DNA from: Octopus sinensis
Lineage: Eukaryota
NCBI RefSeq assembly: GCF_006345805.1
Contig: NC_043007.1
Coordinates: 69,626,001 to 69,690,000, forward strand
Direction: 5' to 3'
Length of the DNA: 64,000 nucleotides
Positions 1 to 62,290 of the stretch are shown in pieces; position 1 is the stretch's first letter; each line of letters opens with the position of its first letter. A program made the position numbers and the translations under genes. The notes under the pieces were generated by a model that had not been told where the DNA came from, made no database searches, and saw only the letters and a list, made by a program, of their open reading frames with translations.

Positions 1-8
1 ATCCATAG

Positions 9-7780
<7,772 letters not shown>

Positions 7781-8020
7781 TATATTTAAATTTATTGTAG
7801 AAAACTTTATGGTAATTCATAAATCTTCGTTTTCTTATTAGGGGATTGGCTCAAAAGAGAAAGAAAAAAAAATGAATGTCTGAGTGCGTATGTGTATATA
7901 TGTAAGTTTTTCTATTGTATCATTGAAATTCTATTGTATATTTCATAAAAAAAAATTATGTAAGAACAAAAAATTTTAAACAGATATTTATTCTATTTTG
8001 AATAGTTTAATAACATTTTT

Positions 8021-8026
8021 AATAAA
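8021..8026 (+). promoter_or_regulatory. Possible polyadenylation signal of the MSK transcript
   Basis: AATAAA about 240 nt after the stop; AT-rich context makes chance matches common. Confidence 0.25.
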
Positions 8027-8479
8027 AATATACCAAATATCAAGATATTTTGTTTGACCATATATTTTAGCTTTCTTAAATTCTAACCAAATGTTCAGAT
8101 TATATATATATACTGTTGTAGCTATTAACATTGGTATTGGAGATGTGGTAGAATATTACACTTTGAACTTTTTGTTGAATTGCTTTAATTACATTTTAAA
8201 TTTTATTCTCCTAAACTTGATTTCACATCACAATCTGGGTTGAAATGTTAGGAGTATTGTTTAAACAGCTATTTTGAGAGTTACAGCACACAATTCCTAT
8301 GATTTATTTAGTAATTAATCAACACAACTGGTAATTCGGACTCTGTTCTAAAGACACCCATCTCATAGCAGTTCTGTAAAACAGGGTTTTGTGAGTTAGC
8401 TATGTTCTAAGTTAAAGCTTTCTCATGAGCTTGGCTATAGGAACTTTGAAGTATGCTCCAACAAACCAATAAATTCATT

Positions 8480-8776
8480 CAGCTGATTGTCTTTATCACC
8501 GTGATCGACCAGGCTATCAAATGTTGCTACACATCGCTGGTCACAATGTGTTTTGCATTGTTTTAGCCTTTAAATGACGCCACCCCACTGGCTAAGCGAG
8601 TAGGCCAACAGAAGAAAGAGTGAGAGAAAGTTGTGGCGAAAGAGTACAGCAGAGATTGCCACCACCTCCTGCTGGAACCTCGTGGAGCTTTAGGTATTTT
8701 CGCTCAATAAACACTTACAACACTCAGTCTGTGAATTACAACCGCGAGTCTGCTACCCTCACCACAGGGCCATTTT
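8480..8776 (-). mobile_element. SINE (third family)
   Basis: GC-richer island ending in a reversed tRNA-like head; family recognised from memory only. Confidence 0.55.
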
Positions 8777-9305
8777 GCCTCCACTGATTTTCTTTATATT
8801 GAATTATATCCATGCACAAAATTTCATATTTTCAGTTCTTCAGCCACTTAAGTCAATGGAGACTAGATCAAAATATGGAAAACATGATATGTCAGATTAT
8901 AATCAGCATGGGACACAGAGCACAAGTGAACTGAGAATGTTGATGAGCATTAAAAGCATCAGCCAAAGTGTGTAACTGCACTGATATGAACATGTGCTAT
9001 TGTGCTTTAGAAAAAAGAGTGGATGAAAGAGTATTACTGATATATTGTATGGCATGCCCCAGGGTTGACATCTTTTCTCTCTTCCTACTACATAGCAATG
9101 ACATACTTGCTGTTATGCCCAACAATGATACAATTCATTCATCCATAATCATGAATAACCCATGCACAGACAAGGTACCAATTCTATGAATAAAGACCTT
9201 GAAAGCATCTTACAGTGGAGATGTACTAATCTTGTCTCTTTCAAGAGCAACAAAACAAGTGTGTTCTTAAATCAAGAAAATATTTTCACACCACAACTCC
9301 CTTAA

Positions 9306-9512
9306 CCCTTTAGCATTTAATCTGGCCTTATTCTACTTGCTTTATGTTAAAACTGACTAGACTCAACCTATCAAACCTACCCTGCAATGTCATTCTCAAA
9401 ATGTACAAATACATAATTGAAATCTTGAAGCTACAAAATAATGCTTGATTAATTCAAAACAATGTGGAGAAATAAGCATTACATTCAACAAATAAATCTG
9501 AATGCTAAAGGG
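9306..9512. mobile_element. piggyBac-type MITE
   Basis: TTAA/CCCTTTAGCATT ... AATGCTAAAGGG/TTAA: terminal inverted repeats plus TTAA target duplication. Confidence 0.8.
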
Positions 9513-9524
9513 TTAAATATACAA

Positions 9525-9886
9525 CTAAGCTCTCACAACTGTCCCAGATGTTGGGCCTCTAGATGAAAGCATCCATAACATAGCTAGAATTGCATCTTAA
9601 CTATTAACCCTTCTCTTCAAGGGCCCAGAAGATACTTCAATCTCTTCCTGCACCCCACTCTATAATAGTCCACTGATCCTCAGCTTTCATCACACCATTT
9701 CCACTCAGGAATTCCTGATTCCCATCTTTTTCCTTGCATTCAACTCCTTCAAGCCTTGTATTAACACCTCACCCAGCCTTTCCTAAATGCCAGCCCTCTG
9801 GAATTCCCTCCCTGCAGCAATATTAACATCAATCTCACCAGTGTGGAAGGATTCGCAAAGGCCATTGACACAGTTCCTTTCTTCAC
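9525..9886 (+). mobile_element. CR1/L2-group LINE 3' fragment
   Basis: Degenerate ORF2 C-terminal WNSLPAAI motif (ctggaattccctccctgcagcaat). Confidence 0.55.
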
Positions 9887-12800
9887 ATTTGATGGTAATA
9901 TTTGTGTCCAATATTTCAATAAAATTGTCAATAATTAGAAAATTATAAAAATGTAAAGTTTCCCCCATTTTTAATGGTTTAAGATAACAAAAAAAAAAAA
10001 AATCAAATAATGAATAAAAAGCAGACCTATCCATCCCAAAACACGGTCAAAATAGATGTTGACACAAGAGTCACCATTGCCAGGAATGGCATGGACGAGA
10101 ATGAGTGGCATTTTATTCTAGACAATATGGTTGTTGAATCCTCAAGTGGTAAAATATAACTCTAGAGTAATCTGGAGGACTGCATCGAAGGTGTTGGCTG
10201 TTTGGTCTAAAGTTGTTAATAATGGATTGCTACCATTATGGAATTGACAATTGTAATATATAGCGGCAAGGTTGATTAATATGTATTTTCAGTCAAGACT
10301 AATCAGAAACAGTAGTGATATTTTTCTTCACAACTGAAAAGAATAGTTGACTTCATAAGTAAACTGCTTGATACCTAAACTGGAGTGTGAAAACTGAAAA
10401 GTTACCTATATTCAAACTGGTGATAAGAGTTGAACAACTCTTGTAAAACTCAGTATTGTAAAGTTGTTAAATGGTAAAAAAAATAAAAATAAAAAAAGAC
10501 AAAAATAACAAAGAAAAATAGAAAAAGGTCCAATATTTATATTTCATCAAATACAGCAACATTTAAAGTTTGCAAGAATATGGACACAAAATTCTTTACG
10601 AAAAAAAAAAAAAAAAAAAAAAGATAGGCATGTCCAGTTCTCATTTCTGAAATATTTCATGGCAAGATTTCTTTTATTTTTCAGTCGACAGGAGCTTCTA
10701 TATATATTTCTTTTATAAATAAAATTTCAAATAGTGCAACAAAAGACTAAAAAGACATACAGTGAACTTGACAGGCAACAAGGATAAGAGGAAAATAAGA
10801 TTTTGCAAGATTGTAGGATATTAGTGCAAAGTTCAAATTTTACAAAAATGTCAGAAGCAACAAACATAACAGTTTATAAGTAAAAGATTTGTAATTTTAT
10901 AAATTTTTAATAATTAGTTGTTTAGAAAAGATTTGATGGTAATATTTGTGTCCAATATTTCAATAAAATTGTCAATAATTAGAAAATTATAAAAATGTAA
11001 AGTTTTCCCCATTTTTAATGGTTTAAGATAACAGTTGAGAGAAGAAATTAGCTACAAATGAATAGAAATCTGAAGACTTGTTTTTTTTTTAATTTTATTT
11101 TAAAGAGAATATTGTTTAGTATTTTGTTGAGATTCCAACTTAAATATGATGAGACAGTCTTTGATAAAATAAATCATTGATCTCCAAAAAGAAATGTTCG
11201 AAATCCGAAATAGAATTAATTTGATTTTCTTTGGAGTTTGCAAGAGTTCATTACATTTTTGTTTTGTTTTCATTTTTTAAAGAAGCCAGTAAAAATAATC
11301 AAGAAAATTGAAGATGATTTTATAAGGTTTTCATTTTAAATGCCTTTAAAAACAGAGAAAGATAATGTTGAAATCATGTATGCCTCATATTTGAACAAAA
11401 TAAATTGAATAACTCCAAAGCAAATAGTTAGTTTGCAAAAGGACATCACAGTAAAATGGGAAAATTTTCAGATCATTTCATTTCATTTTTTAAACAAATT
11501 ACCCCCGATTAATTTTGAAAACTGAAGTTAACTAGACAAGCATTCTAAGTCCCACTGATCCTTAGTAATTAAAGACACTGTTTATTTAATAATTATCAGC
11601 ATTTTAGAACGAAAATAATCTTGTAACAATTTCTTCAGATTTGTGCAAATTCACCAAAACCCCACATTATTAATCCCATTTCAGTTTAACAGTCACACTG
11701 GCAATCCAAATTAAAATTTCCTCAGATCCATAGTATCCCCACCCAGATTAAAACTTTAATGTTGACATGTACAATTTTCCCTCCCAAATTTGGTCCAATT
11801 TAACTTGAACATTCAAAACTCTTCTTCCATCATTGGTCCAGTTTATTCATATATTACCACCCAAATTACAAATTTGATATTCTTAATTTAAAAACCCAGG
11901 TTTTGACCAAGACTCACCCATTCTGCATAAACACTTAAAACTCCAAAGTCATCATAAACAACCCACTTGGTCTTTAACTCCAACATTTGTTGTATTTTCA
12001 TTAAACTGATTTCTTATAACGGCATGAAACCATAATTTTTTTAGTAACATTCATGATTTTACTTGACCAGGCTCAGGGTCAGTTTTGACATTCACTTAAA
12101 TTCATCCTAGATTTTGGCAAATATTTCTTTTATTGATGTCAAAGTCAACATTGACATCAGCTCTGTCAAAGTATCAACTTTAACAACTCTCTGTTCAAAT
12201 CATCTGATCTCAATATACTGATATCATTTTGACAAGACCAATTTTTGTTTGAGGGATATGGCCAATTGAATTGACTTCTGCATTACCAATATTTATTTTA
12301 CTAGAAAATAGGGATGAAAACCAGCTCCTGAGGTGTAATAATGTTAATACTAATTATATAAAAGATTGTCTTTAACCTAGTGGGCCTAAACATCTTGAAA
12401 TTTTAATAACGTTCAGACATTCTCTTGATGCAAGAGAAAGAGCATCCTAATCAAGCATTGCTTATTTTCCAAATACTTACCAAGATCAAAATTGTTAAGG
12501 CATTCGGTTAATTTAATTTTAAAATTAGAATTTTCAAAAAGAAAAAAAAATTAATATAACAAACATTTATACAGAAACTTCATGTAGTGGAAGTGAAACT
12601 TTAAACTTTCACTTGGAAAGTAAGAAGTGAAACATTTTTCTTGAAATCCAATTTATCATTGGTATTTTCATGTTAAAAAATCTAATCTAGAATCTATTTT
12701 GGTAAAATATCTTGAAAAATTTTCCAGATATATCAATCAAATAGTTGACTGAGTAAACTTGAAAATTTTATAAAATTTTCTTGTTTCTTTTATCAGAGAT

Positions 12801-13147
12801 AAAATTCATTGTTTAATTATAATTCAAGATTCTAATAAAAAAAATTCTTATTTGAGCTAAGACAATCATCTATGTTGAGTATTATAAATGTTTCTGCTGA
12901 TAATATTCGGTAAGCTGTACACCCAAACGAAGTACTTTCTTGAATGCAAATTCATCTAAAATATTTATTAAAATGATCCATTTTTTGAAATTTAAATGGA
13001 AGGGGAAGTGCCCAGATTGGAAAATTTAATAATATCAGAGAGGATTAAAAACAGAAGGCACAAGGTGCATTGACAACAAGGAGAGCAAAAGAAATCCAAG
13101 TAACAGGAATAGGTAGATGACTCTCTTTCTCTCTCTGTATATATATA

Positions 13148-13189
<42 letters not shown>

Positions 13190-14400
13190 CATACATATAC
13201 ACACACACGTGTGTTTGTGTGTATGTTTTTATGGTTGATTCAAAGTATACTTAGGCATATTTCTCAGAGATTAACAAAATAAAATAAAAAAAAAGACAGG
13301 CAAAATACTTTCCCCACCACCAAGCATGAAATTGTCTGAATTAGTGTATTTCTGTCTCAAAAATCATTTGTTAATGGATTTATAAAATGAAAGTTATTTC
13401 AGTAAAATGAGAATCAAAATGAAAGTTTATTACAAGACTATTTCTGAAAGACTGTGTTTAAGATGGAAAGAAAAGGAAAAAAATGTGAATGTTGATGCTA
13501 AACATGTTGCATGAATTGTCAGTTAAACCATTACAATTTAGACATCCTTGAAATGAATGATTATCTCAATGAATTGGGGATCAACTCTAAGTATACATGC
13601 AAATAAGGTGCTGTTTATGAATCAAAATATAAGCTTGTTTTTAAATGCATTGCCTAAAGTATTATATTTTTATATAATATAATATTATTCATGTCTGTGT
13701 AAGCGTTTACTCAAACATAAAGAATAGGAGTCAAAATATCTTCATTTTGCAACAAGGCTGCACAGAAGCTTGGAGAGAAAAGATATAATAAAACTGGATA
13801 TAAACAGCAGTAGCAGGAGATTGGTTTCTAGACAAGACATAATCCATCAGACTTAAAAAGCTATGTAACCAACATAGGAAAGTCAATGCCCCACAAGGGC
13901 CAGCATATATCCTTTCCATAATTAATATCATAACTTTAGCTCTGCTGGATGCAATTTATTAAATAGAACCAGGAAAAATCTGGAAGCTGTAGTTGGAATC
14001 ATCTTCAACAAAGAAATCCCAAAATTTAAAAATGAAGTCCTTAACAAAAAAAAAAAACCTCCTGTTACTTCCTCGCTCTTAGTTGTAGGAAATTATGACT
14101 CACTGGATTTCACTGTGAGAGACTACAGAGGTGTCTTTAGAATAGCTAATTTTCATAGATATTTCAGCGAATTTTGTTAAGATATGTTTAATAAAACCAG
14201 CTGAAAAAAAAAAGAATTAATAATACTATGGCAACTTTAAAATAAAGTGATATAGACAATGAAAAGAGAAAGCCTGCAATTAATTGAAAGATCAGCCAAG
14301 TGCTGGGGGGAAATAAATGTAACAGTTACTGAGTTTCAACTAAATATAGAGCATTTTTCATCAGTTTTGCTACATAGTTCTTGGATTGTTACGTGTTGCT

Positions 14401-56771
<42,371 letters not shown>

Positions 56772-57129
56772 CTGAAAAGTAAAATTATTGCAATTTAACA
56801 AAATTAACAAATATAACTGAAATTAAATTGACCAATATAACTGAAACAAAACAGTACATTCTTGTAACTGGATGCAAAGTCAATATTTGCAAAGAGATGA
56901 AGTGAGGATATAACCAATCCCAATAGTGAAACACTGAACATTAAATTTTCCTTTTAAACAGGACTAAAATCCTTTTGATACCAACCCACCTGAAGCCGTC
57001 CCTGGTTCCAGGATACAAAACCTCTGGTTTTAAACTAATCTAAGTTAAAATCTTCCACCAAAATTTCAAGTAAAATTGTTTCAAATGCAATTTAATGACA
57101 GTCTTTAGAGTAATCTTTTTAGAGTATAG

Positions 57130-57230
57130 ATGCAGAAGTAGCTGTGTGGTAAGTAGCTTGCTTACCAACCACATGGTTCCGGGTTCAGTCCCACTGCGTG
57201 GCACCTTGGGCAAGTGTCTTCTACTATAGA
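57130..57230 (+). mobile_element. tRNA-derived SINE head
   Basis: A-box-like tagctgtgtgg and B-box-like ggttcagtccc. Confidence 0.75.
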
Positions 57231-57499
57231 GATGGATCATAGACCTACAATGTTTCTATTTTTCAGCTCTCTCTTGGTTGATAGAGACAACAGCCAGAAT
57301 AGAAATCAACATTATATTACAATCTTTTTTCCCTTTGAACATTAGAAACATAGAAAATGTAGTAATAGAATAACTGCTTGATAAATTGTAATATAGCATG
57401 CTTGGTGGGTTATATTAATAGTATAGCAAAAATGTACATTAAATGATGAGGACATAGTAAGTTGATTACAAAACCTACAGTTATTTCATAACTACTTCC

Positions 57500-57790
57500 T
57501 ACAGCCAACTGTAATGAAATAATGAAAAGCAAGATTTGCATACTCTGTGCAAAAAGGAAGACTGCATTGGTTTGGTCATGTGATGGATATAGATGAGGAT
57601 GGCCACACAAAGTGCCAATCTCAAATAGTGGAGGGAATGTATGGAACCCAGGAAGACATGGGATGAAGTGGTGAAAAATCATCTTCAGATGTTGAGGCTC
57701 ATAGGGGAGATGGCAAGGGACTGAGACCAGTGGTGATTTGCTATGCTTCAAAAGACATCAAGCTAAGCAAAAACATGGCCATCCATGCAT
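57500..57790 (+). mobile_element. RTE LINE 3' fragment
   Basis: RLHWFGHVM..RKTWDEVVK. Confidence 0.75.
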
Positions 57791-58485
57791 ACAGGAATAG
57801 CCTTTGTAACCATTCTCCCCCACCACACACACATAATCTGACCTCTGTCAAAACACCACTATATCTCACCTTCTCAACACCCCTCCATCTCACTACCCAT
57901 GATCACCACCCACAGGAGGCTCCTCCACTCTCCCTCAAGTGCCCATCTACACACTCCATGCTTTAATATATCTACCATACCCAAGTCCCAGCCACTCCAT
58001 TTTCTCTCACCATCATTTGCTACAACCAGGTCTTCTCCGTCTCTAAACATTTCCACTCACACTCTCATGAAACATCCCTCTCTTTCCCCTCTGTACTACT
58101 TATACTCCCCACTGTTCCCTGTAGATAGGGCCAAATACATCTCCAATACCATCTATTTCCTTTTCCCTCACTTTGACTATCTTTCTCTTTAACTCTCCAT
58201 CCCTGTCCTACTGAAGTAACTAAGTATCTCTCCCTCTATTAGACTAACATCTCACTTGACTCTCAACCCCTTCACTCAGTACCACTCTCTCTCTGAGCTG
58301 AGAGGTTTTTGTCTTCCAAGCTACTTGGCAACCCCACTGGTGCTGGTGCTACGTAAAAAGCACCCAGTACATATTATAAAGTGGTTGACATTAGGAAGGG
58401 GATTCATTAAATGCCGCTGCTGCTGATGACGATGCATTCTGGGATAATTTTGAATAATAGTAATATTTGTCTGTTGAAGATAATA

Positions 58486-59029
58486 CAACAAAGCCTCGAT
58501 ATAGGAGTTAATTTGTTCCTGGAGACCATTCATAAAGCAGAGCAATAATTTCCCATAGTAGCAATGTTATAAATTGTAATTCATTCCTAGAAAAATATTT
58601 TACCTATAAAATCTATAGTACTCATAAAGAAATGGCAATAAAACAACAGTAGAACATAAGAATGTCAAAACTACTTATAATAAAAAATATTATTATAATC
58701 ATTTTCTGAAACACTTTCACTCGCACTAGATTCATGCACATCATCACCTGTAGATGTGATTGTCAATTCACAAGCACTTGTAGACAGACTTGTAGATTTC
58801 TTTTAAACATAAAAAACAAGTCTTGGGTTATTTGCTTAGAAGCAGCTTTTTTTTTTTGTCACTCTCTATAAATTTCTTGGTAACATGCAGAAGCATTTGT
58901 TATGGTAGTAGAAACTTCTGCACTTCATTCAAAATTTGGATTTTGTGCGTGAAAAATTTCAGCTCACCATACAAAAGTGAGCTGAAAACAAACTTGTAAA
59001 CTGGAGGTCTTGAAAGTGAGGTATTACTG
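58486..59029. mobile_element. Tigger/pogo-type MITE
   Basis: TA/caacaaagcctcg ... tgaggtattactg/TA, resembling CAGTAAAACCTCG termini. Confidence 0.6.
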
Positions 59030-59624
59030 TACTCTTAACAGTAATACTTCATAAAGTGAGGTATTACTCAAAATTCCCTAGGGAGAAACAAAATGGATAT
59101 TATGACGTTTTCACACACTGAATAAAACAATTATTTCTAAATGCCATTTAAAAATATGTTGCAGCTTCGGTTTAATAAAAATTGCTCTTTAAGAACACCA
59201 AAGTTGACAAAATCAAGAAGGAAGTTAAATAATTGTTTTAAAAAACTAAATGATCTAATTTCGTCTGAACCCTAAATAATAAAACTATTCCTGGTATATT
59301 TGCTGTTTGTAAATTCAGAAACAATTATTTATTATTTTCTAAAGTGTTTGAGCATCAAAAGTTTAAATGTAAGCAGAAAATACAACTGACATTCACAGTA
59401 AATGCAATGAGAAGGATGCCTGCATGGCAGAGATAAGAGTTGTTGGTTTGTTGAGAGCAAAGGAAGCTACAGAAAGACTTGACATTACATCAAAGGAAGG
59501 AAAATTACAGATAAATTAACAAAACAAACACATTCAGAGAAGCTCAATCTACATTTAGCAGCAAAAGGAAACGGTTTTAAACTAATAATTGGTGGTTCAT
59601 GTCACTATCTCAATTTTTACAGAT

Positions 59625-59975
59625 AATTCCATTTAGTAGAAGTTTGCTTCCCAACCATTTTTTCAGGTTCAGTCCCACTGCATGGCACTTTGGTCAGGTG
59701 CCTTTTACTATAGCCTCAGACTGACCACAACCTTGAGAATAGATCTGGTAGAGGAAAAGTGAAAAGAAAACTGTTATATGTGTATGAGTGTGTGTATGTT
59801 TGTGCTTGTTTCCACCACTACTTGACAACCAGTTTTGGCTTATGCATCAGTTCCATAAAAGACACCAAAAGAATAATAATTAAATTTTAAAAAGCACCAA
59901 GGTCAGTTTGTTAAACTAAACCCTTCAAGGAGATACTGCAGCATGGCCACAGTTCAATGACTGAAACGAGCAAAA
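59625..59975 (+). mobile_element. tRNA-derived SINE
   Basis: Head ggttcagtcccactg..., tail gcatggccacagttcaatgactgaaac. Confidence 0.75.
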
Positions 59976-60302
59976 AGACAAATATCATTATGGTAATAAT
60001 TACTGTTACTACACCTAGTTATTTCCATCATCTCGCCAGCCAGTCGAGATTGAGGCTTTGGATTGATAATTAAATATATCTGACTCTTGATCAGCAAGAG
60101 TCCATGACTAAAACAACTAATGACAGATACCATACTCTCAGTCTTAAAAGAGTAAAGCCCATTTATGGCCAATCATTTCCAGTTTTCTGTATTCAACAAT
60201 CTCACCAATTCGATAACCAAAATTACTCCAATGATATTTGATAGAGTAACTGTTTTAACAAAAAACAACTCCATGAATGCTAATTCATATCCCCTCAAGA
60301 AT

Positions 60303-60335
<33 letters not shown>

Positions 60336-60700
60336 CTAGCACTATGACCCGATGACACCGGGTCATAGTGCTAGTGCATGCATATACAGCTGCGTGCGTG
60401 CGCACATACACGCGAGTACTGTCCAAATCTCCGGTTAATCACATACAGCTAGCTGGCATTCAATTAGCGTATCAAGTTTCAGGCATTTTGATTGGGTTTT
60501 GGATAGAAAATTCACTAAAAGTCACTTCTATTGATTTTTTAATAGCTTTGTGGAGTGACTGGGGAAATGTAAAGATGTGCACAACCACCCTTGGACAGTT
60601 TTGAATGACCATAGAAAGTGCGAGCCCTCTAACTGAAAAATTGTGGATTTGTATAAAGGACACGCACACACACACAGACATTTTGCCGTTTATATATAGA
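60336..60700 (-). mobile_element. Non-autonomous Helitron-like element (family B)
   Basis: Minus strand starts TCTATATATAAA and ends CTAG/T; perfect 17-bp-arm terminal hairpin 60335-60375. Confidence 0.7.
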
Positions 60701-61094
60701 CTAGCAGTATCGCCCGGCGTTGCTCGGGTTGTAAGGGAAATAACTATATAAGCATTTTTAGAGAGTTATAGCCAAAAAATAGCAAAAAAAATGCATTAAA
60801 AATTGAAAAAAAATTAAGGTAAATTTTTTTTAAATCGTTGACACATCGTAGATATTTTTAGAGAGTTACTTCCCTTATATAAAAGCGAAAAAATGCATTA
60901 AAATGGAAAAATATGATGGTAAATTTTTTAAAATCGTAGACTCATCGTAGACGCGCGCTAATACCCAGAAGGGCTCGATATGAATCACGACTATAAGATA
61001 CCCGCTTTTGGTTAAACTGCACCGCAAAATGTGGGAGTAATTACGAATGTAAATCGAAGGGGACAGACACACAACTTCACTCTTATATAAAGAT
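60701..61094 (-). mobile_element. Non-autonomous Helitron (family A, related to 346-858)
   Basis: A/TC start, shared 5' and 3' arms, same hairpin and CTAG end. Confidence 0.75.
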
Positions 61095-61860
61095 GCTTTT
61101 TTTTTTCAGTCATAGAGTTAGATTTATGAAGGTCTTCAGTAGAAAATCCTTCGAATTCTGACTCGCTGCTTGATATAATGAAATTCGTATCCATTTTTTG
61201 TCAGAATTACAAATTTTGAAAACACAATAGGAACAAATTTCGGAAAAAAATCTCCCATAATTCATGGAATTAAAATTACACTTCGATTTTTGTACAAAAC
61301 TGTATTTGAAGTGTTTACGAAGTATAATACGTGTTTTCACGAATGTACTAAAGAGATTTACTCTGATATTCTCATTTAAATATGAATAGGTAAATTCGGG
61401 CGGTTTGGTAACGAAAGAGTTTATATAAGTGTCGTCTGTTTATACATAAACACTGTTTCATAGTTTCAGTTTAGTCTTCCTCAAATCACTGTCGCTAATT
61501 TACTCTCTTCCAAGAACATTTTCACTCACTGTTATCTGTTAGCTTCCCATACATTTTACTCATTTATCTATCAGCGTGATAGAGAGAAACAAATATTACA
61601 TTTACTTTCATTTTATTCGTTGCCCACTGTGTGTGTGGTGTAAACCAGACTAAGAAAAGCATTTGACACACACACCAGAATGTGAGTTTTCTGTAAATTT
61701 TGCTTAATTGGAGTTTAAATTTAAAAAACTGGACCTGGCATGACGCGATGCATTGTACTCTTAAAACTGCTAGGTAAATTGTAATTGAAGAAATCCTATA
61801 TTGTAGATTTGTATAACTCCCAAAGGGAGGCAGATAAAATCTGCCTTTTATAATAAGAGA
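61095..61860 (-). mobile_element. Helitron-like element (family C), 3' end missing
   Basis: Minus strand starts A/TCTCTTATTATAAAAGGCAG with two short hairpins; interrupted by family A. Confidence 0.45.
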
Positions 61861-62290
61861 TTATAATAAGAGATATATGCTGTTTTAATGTCTGCTTTTC
61901 CATGCTTACATGGAACATTTGGAATTTATTGAGACACATTTTCTATAGTTGGATGACCTTCCTCTTGCCAATAAAGCAAAGTAATACTTCCCAATAATCA
62001 GATGTTTTACAAAATGCTGGAATTGAGAAAGACACTCGTTGACAGATAGCATATGATGTCAGCTCAAAAAGACATGTTCCTACCTATACTTCCATTCACA
62101 AGGCTTTTGGTTGTGAAGGGGTTACAGAAAAAAAACATCCAAGAGACTGTACAACACACAAATTGTATAGGTATGAGTCCATGGGTAAATTTAGTTGACT
62201 ATGTTGGATATGTGAGACTGTATAACTATGAAGAACAGACATTACATGAGAAGCTTTGTATGTGGTATAAAACAAAGGACAACAAACAAC

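Noticed and set aside
11640-11900. Roughly 40-nt periodic cccaaatt/cccagatt motifs
   Set aside because: Too degenerate to define a unit by eye, and no ORF on either strand.
57130-57230. tRNA-like A/B boxes
   Set aside because: No cloverleaf; it continues into SINE body sequence repeated throughout the window.
59954-60172. Minus-strand ORF as a possible EML N-terminal exon
   Set aside because: TTG start, no similarity to the EML coiled-coil or basic region, and no convincing phase-1 donor; the true upstream exon is probably outside the window.
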